NCBI GenBank assembly: GCA_002633005.1
Contig: NMRA01000615.1
Coordinates: 124,001 to 188,000, forward strand
Origin: Phoronis australis
Lineage: Eukaryota; Animalia; Phoronida
Direction: 5' to 3'
DNA length: 64,000 nt
The first letter of the stretch is position 1. Every line of letters starts with the position of its first letter. This document shows positions 38,501-50,744 of the stretch, one piece after another. The notes under the pieces are model-generated. The model worked only from the letters and a program-made list of their open reading frames with translations. It searched no databases and was not told the origin of the DNA. The position numbers and the translations under genes were made by a program.

Positions 38501-41500
38501 GTTAGCTCAGCTTAGCACATGAGTTAGCTCAACTTAGCACATGAGTTAGCTCAACTTAGCACATGAGCTAGCTCAACTTAGCACATGAGTTAGCTCAACT
38601 TAGCACATGAGCTAACTCATCTTAGCACATGAGCTAGCTCAACTAACCCTCACTTTGGTTGATGATAAATGGTCATCAGTCTGATCATCAGTTTCATGGG
38701 GGGAAAACCCGTGTTGATCATAAATTTACTATTGCTCATAATCATATAAATTTCCTCGATAAACTGTCCATGATCAATGACAAAAACTGCTAATATGAAT
38801 TCTTATAAGCCATTTATTTCTTATCATACCATCCATATGAATTCACATGGTTGATATAGATCTAAGAATACAAAATACTGTTACTTTGATAAATTATGAT
38901 TTAGCTGTGCACTTGTCTGATAGCTCATTTGGCAGGCTTTAGTTGGCCCACTCTGTCCTCAGGTCCATCAACAGTCCTAACCCATTAACAACACATTTGG
39001 ACAAAACACACTATATATACAAACTCTCAGCTGTTTCAAAATGACCATTCAGGCCATTTTACAGACCAACAGAGGTGGAAAATGAATGAATGGGGTCTAC
39101 AGACCTGGTAGAAGGTGTTGGAGATGAAAGCAAAGGAATTTATATGCTGTTTACTTATCAAGTCTGATCAAAGACATGATTGGAGATCATGTAGTCAAGG
39201 TGTGTGATTTACATCAACAAATACCAAGGCANTATATACTGGTCCCTTACTCAAGTGTAATGTGATTTCTAGGTCTGCAAAGAACTGGCATTGTCTTGAC
39301 ACTCTGTACCATGTGTAAACTGACATCTGCAACAGGCCAAATTGTACACTCTGGTCTCTAGTACTAACAAACTGTGTCAGTTCTTTCAAAGCCCTGCCAG
39401 TAATCACATCCAACATGACTAAAGGGCCTTTCATACTGACAACAGTGTCACCTACCATTCACTTCAAAGTCTGCTAACTACTGAAGCCAGTGTAGACAGT
39501 TTAATTAACATCATGTTTAGGTCCACATTCCACTCAGACTGGAGCATGAAAAGGCCTACATAGGAACAATTTGGGACCAATTCCATAATGGTGAATGGTC
39601 CAAATCAAACAATGGCTTTTGTGGTGGACAGAAAGTTTATATGGTAATCATTTTATTAAGAGATTGGCCTCCAAAATACCCAGTTTAGATTCCATACAAA
39701 CTAAAACATTGCAAAAGCTGTCTAGATAACAATGATCACGGATAACAGGAATTTAAAAAAAGAACAGGCCAACCTTTTAATAAGTCAAGGAAATTTTAAA
39801 GGCAGCTATATGCACTGGCCAAATGATTCCGACTTCCGTTTGCTTAGTATTCTGAGTACAGGCTCAGCTGAGGGCAAGGAGACTATGGCCACCTCACATT
39901 TTTACCGCATCTGCACATCACCAAATAAAATCTAACAAGCCCTAAGTAATTGACTTCAAGATAAATCTCCATTGTCCCTATCTTTGTCACTCGTTGTCAG
40001 CTCCCCCCATGGATAAGATCCTGGATCCACCACTGGATAATCTGTAACAATTCCACCTATCTATGAATAAATTTTCAGTCCCCAGAGTCTATAAGTGTAA
40101 TCCATTTTACAGTAAATCAAAATTAGCTTCACTCAGTTTAAATGTTCATGGCACAACTAAAATTTATAAATCCTAAGTTAAAGCACATGAGCTAGCTCAG
40201 CTTAGCACATAAGCTAGCTCAGCTTAGCACATGAGTTAGCTCAGCTTAGAACATGAGTTAGCTCAGCTTAGCACATGAGTTAGCTCAACTTAGCACATGA
40301 GCTAGCTCAACTTAGCACATGAGTTAGCTCAACTTAGCACATGAGCTAACTCATCTTAGCACATGAGCTAGCTCAACTAACCCTCACTTTGGTTGATGAT
40401 AAATGGTCATCAGTCTGATCATCAGTTTCATGGGGGGAAAACCCGTATTGATCATAAATTTACTATTGCTCAGAATCATATAAATTTCCTCGATAAACTG
40501 TCCATGATCAATGACAAAAACTGCTAATATGAATTCTTATGAGCCATTTATTTCTTATCATACCATCCATATGAATTCACATGGTTGATATAGATCTAAG
40601 AATACAAAATACTGTTACTTTGATAAATTATGATTAGCTGTGCACTTGTCTGATAGCTCATTTGGCAGGCTTTAGTTGGCCCACTCTGTCCTCAGGTCCA
40701 TCAACAGTCCTAACCCATTAACAACACATTTGGACAAAACACACTATATATACAAACTCCCAGCTGTTTCAAAATGACCATTCAGGCCATTTTACAGACC
40801 AACAGAGGTGGAAAATGAATGAATGGGTCTACAGACTTGGGAGAAGGTGTTGGAGAAGAAAGCAAAGGAATTTGTATGCTGTTTACTTATCAAGTCTGAT
40901 CAAAGACATGATTGGAGATCATGTAGTCAAGGTGTGTGATTTACATCAACAAATACCAAGGCATTGCTATGAGGATGCAGGGACATTGCATAACCCAGTC
41001 TCTGTGTATACACAGGGCCTCTCAAGAGGCTGTGGAGAACTGAATTTATTGCCCCAGCAAATTGCTCACTGGATTATGAATGTATTAGAATGTGAAGGGT
41101 ATGAGGGAATGAAGAGATTTAGTATAAGAACCCAGGGATTATCAGAGGGATAAGTGGACACAGTGGTTTGTAATGGTATATGGTTAGTTTTGGAAGGTAA
41201 GGTAAACAACGTGTCAATAGGTGTGCAAGATGTTTTTTGAAGTGAGTGGGTTGGTGTTTCTTGCATGGCATTGATAGCATTAACTGAAATGGTTGTGGCG
41301 TTTCTTTTCAACAAACCCTTCCTCAATGAAATGGTGCTGAGTTATGAAACTACAAGATTACTCAAAAAGAAAGACAAAAATAGAAAAATATTAAATTGGT
41401 ACGGCTTTTGAAAACCAGGATAACAAAATACAAGATGTTATTTTATGGGAAAGTCAGACAAACAAATTGGACATGACTTAAATGGAAATTTCTTTCAAAA

Positions 41501-43999
41501 AACAATTCACCTTCGTAATTTTCACACTAAATATGTATATTTGCCAACTTAATTTAGAGAAGGAATTTTTGAAAAATGTTGATTGCTTACAGAGATATGA
41601 TCATGAAGACCACCAGTGTATCACAACTGGCCAGAGCCATTTCACAAAACTGTGCACAACGAATGACAGCGTCAACAGAAAACTCAATAACTCTACCATT
41701 TCTAAGAATCTTTTCATTGATTGAATGGGTTTTGTTCACATCAAGCAGACAGTGACAGTGTGGGAGAACCAAACTAGAGCCAATGAGGCGCAAACATTAG
41801 ATCACATGACCAGCAACATCAATTAACCTACAGTGTGGCTTTTAATTCTAAACATGAACAATTGGTAGAAGAACTTTTATATCAAAAATTTACCAAATGT
41901 TGTCCGGTGACAGCAGAATCATATAAATCATGGAAAAAAGCATTAACTGGTATTTTTTTAAAATTTTTTTGAGGAATATGATAAAAAGAACTTATACTTA
42001 AGGTATAGGTGCACTCAAACAGAACAGTTACTTCCCTCGATGAAAGAAAGGAAAAAAGAAACCCCAATTGGCAAGGATTTATACCTACACACAATCTCCC
42101 TGACGAATCGCACGAGTTTCAAAACTGAAACCAATATAGCCCTTGAATTCAATGTTAAAATTGTCATTTTTCGAATTTGGACGCATTAATTCCTAAAATT
42201 GTATTTTTTGTCAAAGGCTTCCACCATAGCTGTGTATACCCACAATTTTGCTTCAAGGTAGCTGTAACTAAGAAATTGAAAATTGCAAATAGGTGCTACC
42301 TATCATTAGTAAAAAGAAGGATAAAACAAAATGCCATATCTCCACTCTGACTCTACCATGTTCTAAATTTATTTGACTTCACTGCCAGTACTCTAGTTAC
42401 CTTACATAACAAGTGATGTCAATAGTATAATACAACAGTTCTAGTATTGTACATATGGAGCCAATGCTGACAATGGAACAGAATTTTGTTGATCATCGTT
42501 GCTAAGAAATTTTACAAAACAAGATTTATTTCCGACATACTGTGTATAAAACAATTCCATAATCTACATTGTAACTTGTAACACATGAATAAAAGGATTT
42601 TGGCAAGCAACTACTTTTTAAGAACATTTAAAGTTTATAAGTTTAGAAAAAGAGACCTTGAAATCGACCTGCAAAGTATCCAGGTACTGGTAGTAATTGG
42701 AAAACTTTAAAACTCTATTTTTACAGTATGGTCCTTCTATGAAAGGTGAAAGAACACTAAGATGCCATCACAAATCTATTTAAACACATTTTACTTCTGG
42801 GTACTATTCATTTTTAAAGAATCCTTAATACAGTCTGATAACTACTGGGCATGTTTTCACAAAAATAAACCTCTCAAATATAACTTAGACAGCAATATTG
42901 AAAAGCCAGATATATGAAATTGACCTGAAGCAAAAGATGTTGCGATTTAGATTTAATACTGTCTGGCCAATAGTCTGTGGTTGCAATATACAACTAATTT
43001 GAAGAGAAAAACATTTCTACCACATATGCCATCTCAGATTCTAAAAAGTCATTGTAAGCTAAGGATTGAGTTTTTAATAAAAATTCATAAAAATCGAACC
43101 AAAGTTTAGGTGGACATTTTTTACACACTTCATTGAGCATGTTACCATGAACTAATTGATCAGTACAGCACTTTAGGGACTTATAAGTGACACAAATTAA
43201 CACATTACCCCCAATCACACAGCAGAAAGGTGTAATAGCTTAATTCTTAAAGAGCTGATAAAATTCAGACGCTGATCAGATACATCACATTCTGGTATTC
43301 AGAGAGACATTATTTTCACTTTTTCCTGGGGTTAGACCCAGTAGCAATAGTTTAAATTAAAAGCTCTTTTTCAGAGACAAGTTTTACAACAAAATCATCA
43401 ATGGTGGAGCCAAAATGCTTGGAACTAAAAAATTTGAAAAAAACAAAAGGTATCCGAAAAAATTACACTACAGGAGATAACAGAGGGCAGGAAAGGTTAA
43501 TTGCCTAGTTCTTGGATGGTGCATACTCCCATTTCAAAAGGCTGATAATTCACACATGTTTGTTTAATTGAAAAGATTAGAATAGCGAACTTAGGATCTC
43601 AGTCCACTTTCTTGTTTCGCCTCACAGGAAGATCACAATGCTCAAAAGTCTTTAACAAAGAACTTAAATAATTAATTCCAATGTGTTGCCCTAGGCTTCC
43701 CTTCCCCATAGAAGTAAACAATTCATGACTGGATGTACTGTCCATTTCATCCAGCGCAAAACCAGAGTCGGTTTCGATTTCAAATCAATTCTCCGTCACC
43801 CATCACTAGCACACACATCTCATTCATCTATACAGCCCATGATACCATAGATACGGTACTAGTCTATGCTGATACAACATGATCGAGTCAACAGGTCAAC
43901 ATGCGATTGTGTGGATTGCTTAGGGACCAGTAAGCAGTGTTCTAAGGGTCAAATCTTACCTTTAGTTTTCACATCTGTGTTACTAAAAGAACAGCCCAT
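23085..43999 (-). CDS. Uncharacterised 249-aa protein with N-terminal MGCSFS acylation motif; join(43999..43960,26312..26077,25264..25168,23461..23085)
   Basis: Four exons (40+236+97+377=750 nt) with canonical GT-AG sites and matching phases 1,0,1; ends at TAG; extra exons inside the 17.6-kb intron cannot be excluded. Confidence 0.72.
25168..25264 (-). CDS. Exon 3 of MGC-motif protein (VMSDQIMDERERLSLASSRATSRAGTPATDRR)
   Basis: tttcag acceptor, gtaagt donor, GC-rich island in AT-rich intron. Confidence 0.82.
26077..26312 (-). CDS. Exon 2 of MGC-motif protein (NQIANGQTNGH...KKDREKKLQERRKKTVMKAM)
   Basis: ttgcag acceptor, gtgagc donor; K/R/E-rich helix-like segment. Confidence 0.82.
26512..26574. 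repeat. (CA)n microsatellite
   Basis: Direct reading. Confidence 0.95.
26930..27109. mobile_element. Degenerate copy of the MITE at 36951
   Basis: Shares GACAGGAT, GAAAACGAAAT, CTTACAC.GGAGGAGGGAAA and GTAAATCTGCCACTG with 36951-37144; left TIR decayed. Confidence 0.6.
36951..37144. mobile_element. hAT-like MITE (CAGTGGCGGATCT family)
   Basis: TIRs CAGAGGCGGATCTAC / GTAGATCTGCCACTG; CAAACCC directly repeated on both flanks. Confidence 0.8.
38448..38645. repeat. 22-bp minisatellite AGCACATGAG(C/T)TAGCTCA(G/A)CTT, ~9 copies
   Basis: Direct reading. Confidence 0.92.
40182..40378. repeat. Second copy of the 22-bp minisatellite (inside the duplication)
   Basis: Direct reading. Confidence 0.92.
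43960..43999 (-). CDS. First coding exon MGCSFSNTDVKTK(G)
   Basis: GAGATGGGCTGT start, AAAG|gtaaga donor, CpG-richer region upstream. Confidence 0.7.
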
Positions 44000-44520
44000 C
44001 TCCTCCTTCAGGTCATAACATTTTGATCAACAGTGCTTTGGTTGAACCCTGCTTTTACCGATCCAGCAGTGGCCTCAACACGACCCGGCTGTGCGTTACG
44101 AATACGAGTAGGCCTACGACGTTAGCCCATAGACTATGGTTAGCCTACCGTTCACAAATTTTTCTCACCAAGGTCAGAATTCACTTGTTCAACGAACAAC
44201 AGTACTTATCAAGACCAATCGCTCCTTTCACCGTTACAGCCTGTCCTCACGTATTAGGTTCTGTAGCCAGATTGCCCCAGTAAATTCAAGGTAAACCTTT
44301 ATTGACAGCTATTGTGATCGTTCGATTGATACCACGGTGAGTGCTGTTTGGTGCACTCAATAACGTCACTAACAAGCAAGAGGTGGCGCTACAATTGAAC
44401 ACGAAGGTGCGGTGACGAATAATACCCCTGACTAATACGGCAATTACGTAACGAAATGACGAAATGTTATCGTGACAACGTCACCGTAAAACGTCATATC
44501 CGAGGTCAATTCGAGCAAAA
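44000..44520 (-). promoter_or_regulatory. Probable 5'UTR/promoter of the MGC-motif gene, with CTCF-like site GCAAGAGGTGGCGCT at 44376-44390
   Basis: Raised CpG density immediately upstream of the ATG; TGACG/CGTCA half-sites; inference only. Confidence 0.4.
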
Positions 44521-44674
44521 GGTAGAATGACAACACTTTCTAATCCGATTGAATAATAGTAGGTGAAATGAAGAAACACTGGTCGGCCGGAGCACGAGCC
44601 GGTTAGGGCCGACTGACACCACAGAACCCGGATATACCTGTCACCAGATTCCGCCCCCGAACTCGCCTCCTCCA

Positions 44675-44842
44675 CAGTGGCGGATTTAGAGGGGGGCCAA
44701 AGGGGCCATGGCTCTTTCTAAAATTACCCCAGATTTCATTGGGCAGTTCGGGGGTGCGAATATCTGACGGTCAAAAACCGCCGGGCTAATACTCTGCCCT
44801 GCCTCCCCGCCAAGCTAACTCAAAATTCTGGATCCGCCCCTG
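44675..44842. mobile_element. hAT-like MITE (CAGTGGCGGAT family)
   Basis: TIRs CAGTGGCGGATTTAGA / TCTGGATCCGCCCCTG; only a partial TSD (CTCCA). Confidence 0.7.
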
Positions 44843-44989
44843 CTCCAAACATCAAGTCTCCCTTAGTTACCAGATCCACGAACTAGGTCGCATCAAAAAT
44901 GAGTTGTAGCCGTATTAAACAACTTATCATTGCATCGGCTGGGGACGGTATTCGCTTTGAGGGCAAAAGACGATGGCAGCAGACAAACA

Positions 44990-45850
44990 GACTCGGACAA
45001 CCGACGTGCTGGTTTTGTAATTGTAGTGAAAAGGACATGTTAAGTCGTCATGTCGGCACGGTAAGCCAGTGACTTGCCACTCGTGTCATCGGTGCAGGCC
45101 AAGACAATTAATATGGCCGAAATGACAACCCCGGATACGACTCTAACTATAAGCTAACCGGCTAGCAACGTTATAGTTAAGGGCTTAGAGAAAAATATAG
45201 GCATAATCATACCGGTAATCTCATTTTTGACACATTAATACAAACTCTTTGTCGTCAAAGTTAATAGCTGATATTTTAAGCTAATTTGATCTGTTTTTCA
45301 TATCTGAGACTTTTGAGTTACATCATGTAGTGCGTTTGCTTCAAGTATGTTCAAAGTAGAAAATTCAATTTTCAAAGGTTAGATAGAAATAGGCACGGCG
45401 GAGGCCTAATGGTGTATATTCGTAGTGACCTTCCACATCGGCGAAGGACTGATCTAGAATCTACAGTTTCAGGAACTGAATGCATGGTTTTTGAAGTACA
45501 TGTCAAAAAAAGATTTTTTTGCATTGGTGTACAAATCCCTTTCCCAAGTCATTCAGCGATGTTCGAGAAGAAGACCTGAACAATAAAATCTACAATTAGA
45601 AGCGAAATGCCTCTTCATCGCAGGAGATCTAAATATTGACATGTTAAGAACCCCTAAAAAGATTATCAGACTTCCTCGATGTATATGTCAACAAAAATAT
45701 TATAAAGTCAGCTACTTCACTTGTTTCAAAGACAAGCCCAGCCTGCTAGATGTAATCCTCACGAATTCCCCATGTAGAATTCTAGATGCAGTTAAATAAA
45801 TACTAACTACTCAGTGATTTTCATAATCTCATCATTGCTACAATTACATT
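44990..45850 (+). mobile_element. Decayed non-LTR retrotransposon fragment (CR1/L2/Crack type): ORF1 Zn-knuckle and ORF2 AP endonuclease
   Basis: Broken frames give HVKSSCRHGKPVTCHSC, HINTNS, ISET, RLDRNRHGGGLMVYIRSDLPHRRRTDLE, AGDLNIDML, SLLDVILTN, SDFHNL; stops/frameshifts; no RT seen. Confidence 0.85.
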
Positions 45851-48800
45851 CTTAAGTAAAAATTCAGAATGCAGTGACATTTACGAATAGTGCGATAAAC
45901 TACTCCAAGTATTTATCCGAAATTTGAAAATAAAGTTTTTCTGGTAGATGAAATATGCAAGCATCTGTTACGTAACTTTGAAATGTATTGTGGATAGCCC
46001 ATCACATCGGTTGCAGTGTAGACGTTCCATTGAACCCTGGCTTTTCTTCAGAAGGTAAAAGTTAGTGATCCTGATATATAAAATAACGTATGTTACGGTA
46101 AACAAGAGACATTGGAATACATTTTACGATTGTTATATTTTTAAAGAAAGTAGACTCTGGAAAATAACAATATTCACAAAAAGACAATGTTATTTTGAAC
46201 ACCTGTTACGTAATTGTCATGGTCAGGATTCAAGAACAAAATACGAAACAACTCGATTTAAAAGCGGACTTCGGGATAAAAAGCGCGACATCTGGGTGTA
46301 ACCCAATAGGAAGAGTTAAATGTTCGTTGCAACACAAAGACATACCGCCAACGTTTTTTTGTCGAACGGAAGATGTAACACCCAAAAATGCCCGACACCG
46401 TTTTTTGTTGTTTTTTTGTAGTAGAATGGGAAATTGCGGGTTAGGCAAAACCCATGAAACGTCTCGTTTTTTCTTCTTAGTCGAGCGGGAAAATATGGCG
46501 ATGTCACGTGGGAAATTAAAACAGTACATGATAATGTGTCAGTTTGGCCGTGTGTCAAAAAAATGGTTTGGCGGGATGTAGGCAAAAATCAAAAAAGTGG
46601 GACATTCCGCCAAGTGCGGGGCAATTGACAAATACACCGTACGCTGTTAGGAACACCAAGTACTGAATTTGGTTCTTTTACTAGGTAAACTTAATTTTTT
46701 AAAATTTTATTTCACAAGTATATGTAAGTACTCAGATAACATTAGATCTACTTCTCAGAAATCAAATTAACATAAAACGGCATCTGGGCAAGTGACAGGT
46801 AAACATTGTACAGATGAATTATTATAAAAACAATTGTAAACAGTAATAATACAAATACGTACACACAAACACACACTTAGCTAAGCAATTAAAAGTAATT
46901 ATTGTAAAGTTACGTAAACACACCTGATTTTAGGGCGTAAATTTTTCATTTAGGCCAAATGTAACTTCTTTCCGTAAAATATTGTAATATGATTTTAATA
47001 CTCGAAAATGTTTTGTGAAAAAACTCCTGACATGTAGTATGATAGGTTGTCGAAAGTGGTTTTACGACTGGAGCTGAAAAGATATCTGGCGCCAAACTAC
47101 TCACGGCATCCATCCGGCTTATAAAAATGATCAGTGTAATTGTCGGTTTTGTTGCCTAATTTTTTGAGAAATCGCTGACTGTATGGAACCGTACCTCAAG
47201 AGTCTCGCTTGATGAACAATAATAACAATATGAAAATGAAGCAACGAAATGTTGCTTAATTCGATAACGACAACTCTCGATAAAAACTCAGTCGAGCAAA
47301 CAGCCGGAAATTCTCAGTGAAAACTCTTGCGTCTAGTCTCGAGGTCGCAAGCTCTAATCATATTAGAATAGGACCTACATAGGTCACGTGCGGGAGTTGG
47401 CATTCCAGGGCTAGAGTTCTACGATAAAACCAATGTAAGGGTCTACGGGGGAGAGTTTAGGGGTCTTAACTCTTTTCTCGAAGGCGCGACCAGCGAAATC
47501 AAACCAGCGCCGCTGGTGCAGTAACCCCCATTGCTACAATCGTAGATCCGGCCCGGAATGTAGGCGGCAGACTCCATATTTTTCATAGAATTGTGAGACT
47601 CAGTAACGATAACGTGACAGGTTCAAAATGGCTTCCCGTTTCAATGTGGATATTCTGTAATTCCGTTCTTCGTTACCTTCCGATGGTTTAACAGACGGCT
47701 ATATCTAGGAATCCGCGCATTTACAACCTAAACAAAATGGGAACATACAAACTCGTATACTTTGTTTCTTAGGAACAAAATGAATGTTTACAAGAATTGT
47801 TCTATCTGCAATAAACAGGAAAGTTAAAAAGTGGCCATGGAAACTGATTTGAATAAAAACTTGAGCTCATTGGAAAGAAATAGACCAAAAATACATGTAG
47901 CTATTGGTCTTTTTATAATCGTAAAAACGGCATTCATTTCAGTTTTTCCCGAAAATAATGGAAATAATACATCAACAATTCTGAAAATCAGGGCTTGATG
48001 AGGGAAAGGAATGGAAGTCATAGAACGTGTTTTGTGGAACATTTTTAAATTCAAACTACATACGAATCGCGTGATTTTCTCAGGAGCATTACAGTCTTAA
48101 TACCAATTTCAGGAGATCACTGAAACCTTTCCGTCAACTTTCAAAAGAGACCTGAGCCCGGTATCTAATCCTCTTACAACAAATCCCACAGGAATTTGTT
48201 TTTGATATTTTCTATTCTAGTATTTTACGCGAATTCATGATGTGTGTATATTGTTCACTGCTCTAGTACATACTAGCTTGCGTGGATTGAAATATCTCTA
48301 ATCCTAGTTGGCACTTGATGACCTCAGCATTAGGCCTACACTTAAAAGTGCGAGTCGGAACTCGAGGTTTAACTCGAATATACTGGTCATCAAGTGCAAC
48401 CTTGTACTAGAAAATCATACGCATAAGCAATAATTCACTCGAATTAACACAAACTAATATGCACTTACATGTATCTTGAGTTCGCACAAAATCAAATTAG
48501 AAAATGCAAATACAATCTCGAGTTCGATTTCGAGTAAAAATATACTACAACAGTTAAAGGCTGTATGTGGCACTGAATGTCCATTCTCAACAAAGCGTTG
48601 TGTGGCCAGGAATACCGTAACCTAAAATTAAAGGAGAATGCCAGCCAAAAACAACCTATGTTGTATCAATTTAGATCGAGTAGTTCCACTCGATAACAGC
48701 AAGTACAGTTCTTTTACATGACACCTGACGGTAGACAGAGGTGTTGAAATTAACCAATGACGTCAGAGGAGCGAACGCAGTCTGTTCAGCAGTTCACAAC

Positions 48801-49823
48801 ACGCTCACTGGGTGTCAGCTTATCGCTTGAATTTATCGTTTTACACCAACAAATCATCAAAATTCGATGTGAAACCCTTACAACTACATCGAGGTACTGA
48901 ACAAACACGTTATTTTATTTCACTGTTACGTATTTATAGGTATATGAACTTACCGTAGCCAACAAAGTTCGGTTAGGCCAATTAATCACGGTCGGTCGCG
49001 GGAGTTTGGGGTCTGTTCGGTGATAAACTAACTCGAATTACTCGTACGTGAAATATAGACAGAAGAACATACATGTAGCTGTGTGTTGTAATTTTAGACT
49101 TGCGATTTGTTTCAGTTCTAAACACATAAAGGGCTTGTTATCCCGGCCAGTGGCTCGGAACCCGATCAGGACCGTCGCGGCCGCACCGTGACTAAAGACA
49201 TCATGACAAACATAAACCAGGCAAAATTGGAAACTAAACCTCCAGTCACGAAAAGACTATACTAGTGAGCCAAAGAAATAATATGCACGTGATTATTTTG
49301 GTGAATTAGCCGCGAAACTGGAAATCTACTTACTAGCTCGTCGGGGGACTCCGAAGTCAGGTTACCGGGTATACCTTTCCACAACCGTTAGGGCAAAAAT
49401 TATACAGAAACAATGACTCGAATAATGTATATGAATATCTAAAAATAGATTCCCCTATAACATCTGACCATAGGACATAAAATCGAGTTATTGTTTCACA
49501 ACAGCTTTCTGTCAGCAAACACTGAATTAGCATGCGCTCACACGGCTTCGGTGCCCGTTCAATTAGTTTATTGCATCTAAAGCCGGTAACACAGTGATTT
49601 ATTCATTGCTGGTTTCTCAAAACGTTTTGCACTCACGAACACTCCAAAGGCATTACAAATTGTATCAAATAAGACAGACTCTGCTTTTAGTTTTATATAA
49701 GTATTGGTTAGGCTGAGAATAATTCATTTTGAAACAGAACGCGCAATAACTGTCAACGTGACAACTCGCAGTCCCGACTTAAACGAGTGCCCATTCGATG
49801 AAGACTTCACAGGTCGATCATCA

Positions 49824-50173
49824 GATTTCACAGGCTATCAGTTCGAACCGCAATACACTGATTAAAAAATACGTGCACACAACCGAACACATGGATATTA
49901 TAGGTCGGAAAACCGTTTGAGTGACTGGCTTGGCATGGTGTCAGTGCGCTAACTGCACAATAATGAAAACGACTGACGCTTGCGTTTGCTAACACGAAAT
50001 TCCGCAAGTGAAACCTCTTCTCAGAGAAGCGCAGATGTGTCTTACGGACGATCCTGATTTTGCACCGCATCTAAACAGAGGTCATGTGTACTTACGACGC
50101 TTTTTAAGGCTGGGACAAAGAACTGGCGAAAACATCCTACACCCAGAAGACCAAACAGAAGCCTGACGAACGG
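49824..50173 (+). pseudogene. KolX / P2X7 C-terminal ballast (Cys-rich Zn) domain remnant
   Basis: GYQFEP...RL..WCQCANCTIMKTTDACVC*HEIP...CLTDDPDFAPHLNRG...NWRKHPTP; in-frame stop at 49990-49992 and frameshifts. Confidence 0.75.
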
Positions 50174-50324
50174 GTCAGTTATCAAACATAACATTAAAGG
50201 TTGTGTTCTTATGCCTTGAATTAATTGGAATTGTTTATGTTTTAATGGCCAACTACAATTCTCCATAGTTAAAAAACTAACCAACAACCGCGTTTCTTGT
50301 CTCCTGCCTGCCGAACGCAAACAT

Positions 50325-50460
50325 ACTATAGGCACAACATCTGACTTCAGCCTCAGTCTCTTTTTCTGCCCTGGCATGAGCTATTTGGTAAACCGGCATT
50401 CGATCGTCACTGAAATAAATCACTGTCGACGAAATGGCGGCCACAGACACTGGTGGTGTA
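50325..50460 (-). pseudogene. THAP domain C-terminal remnant
   Basis: TTSVCGRHFVDSD (CxxHF) ... KRLRLKSDVVPIV (AVPTIF-box-like), frame-disrupted. Confidence 0.65.
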
Positions 50461-50744
50461 GCAACAGTACATGTATATTTCTAAAATCTAGCATCTAGCC
50501 TACTTACTTTGGCACGGCATTTCGGTTTGTCTTTTCTCGGGCTTTTTTCCCATTGGCCGGCCAAAAAATCAATAAAAGGTCATCATTGACCACCATGAGT
50601 GTACCAGAGCGTCACACCTGAAGACGGTCTGAGAAATGACCGACCGAAAAGACGTGCCAACCTAAACAGGCTTAAAGTTTGTGTAACTATAGTCCAGTTG
50701 GAATGGTGTGTTTTTCCTTTTGTCTTCAATGGGTAAATTGGTTT

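Larger units (their letters stand above)
37639..40963. repeat. Near-identical tandem duplication (37639-39231 and 39233-40963) separated by a single N; probable haplotype/assembly duplication
   Basis: Both copies start TATAT.CT..TCCCTTACTCAAG and end AATACCAAGGCA; N at 39232; scattered SNPs and a ~135-bp indel (39553-39687). Confidence 0.9.
48632..50470. mobile_element. Decayed Kolobok-like DNA transposon (TTAA|AGGAGAATGCC left end, KolX-like and THAP remnants)
   Basis: TTAA followed by purine-starting terminus at 48628-48632; coding remnants below; right TIR not found, so continuity is inferred. Confidence 0.55.

Noticed and set aside
37628-39935. Duplicated small ORFs (MVGDSVVSMKGP..., ...QGNFKGSYMHWP...)
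   Set aside because: They recur only because the segment is duplicated; no recognisable motifs or supporting splice structure.
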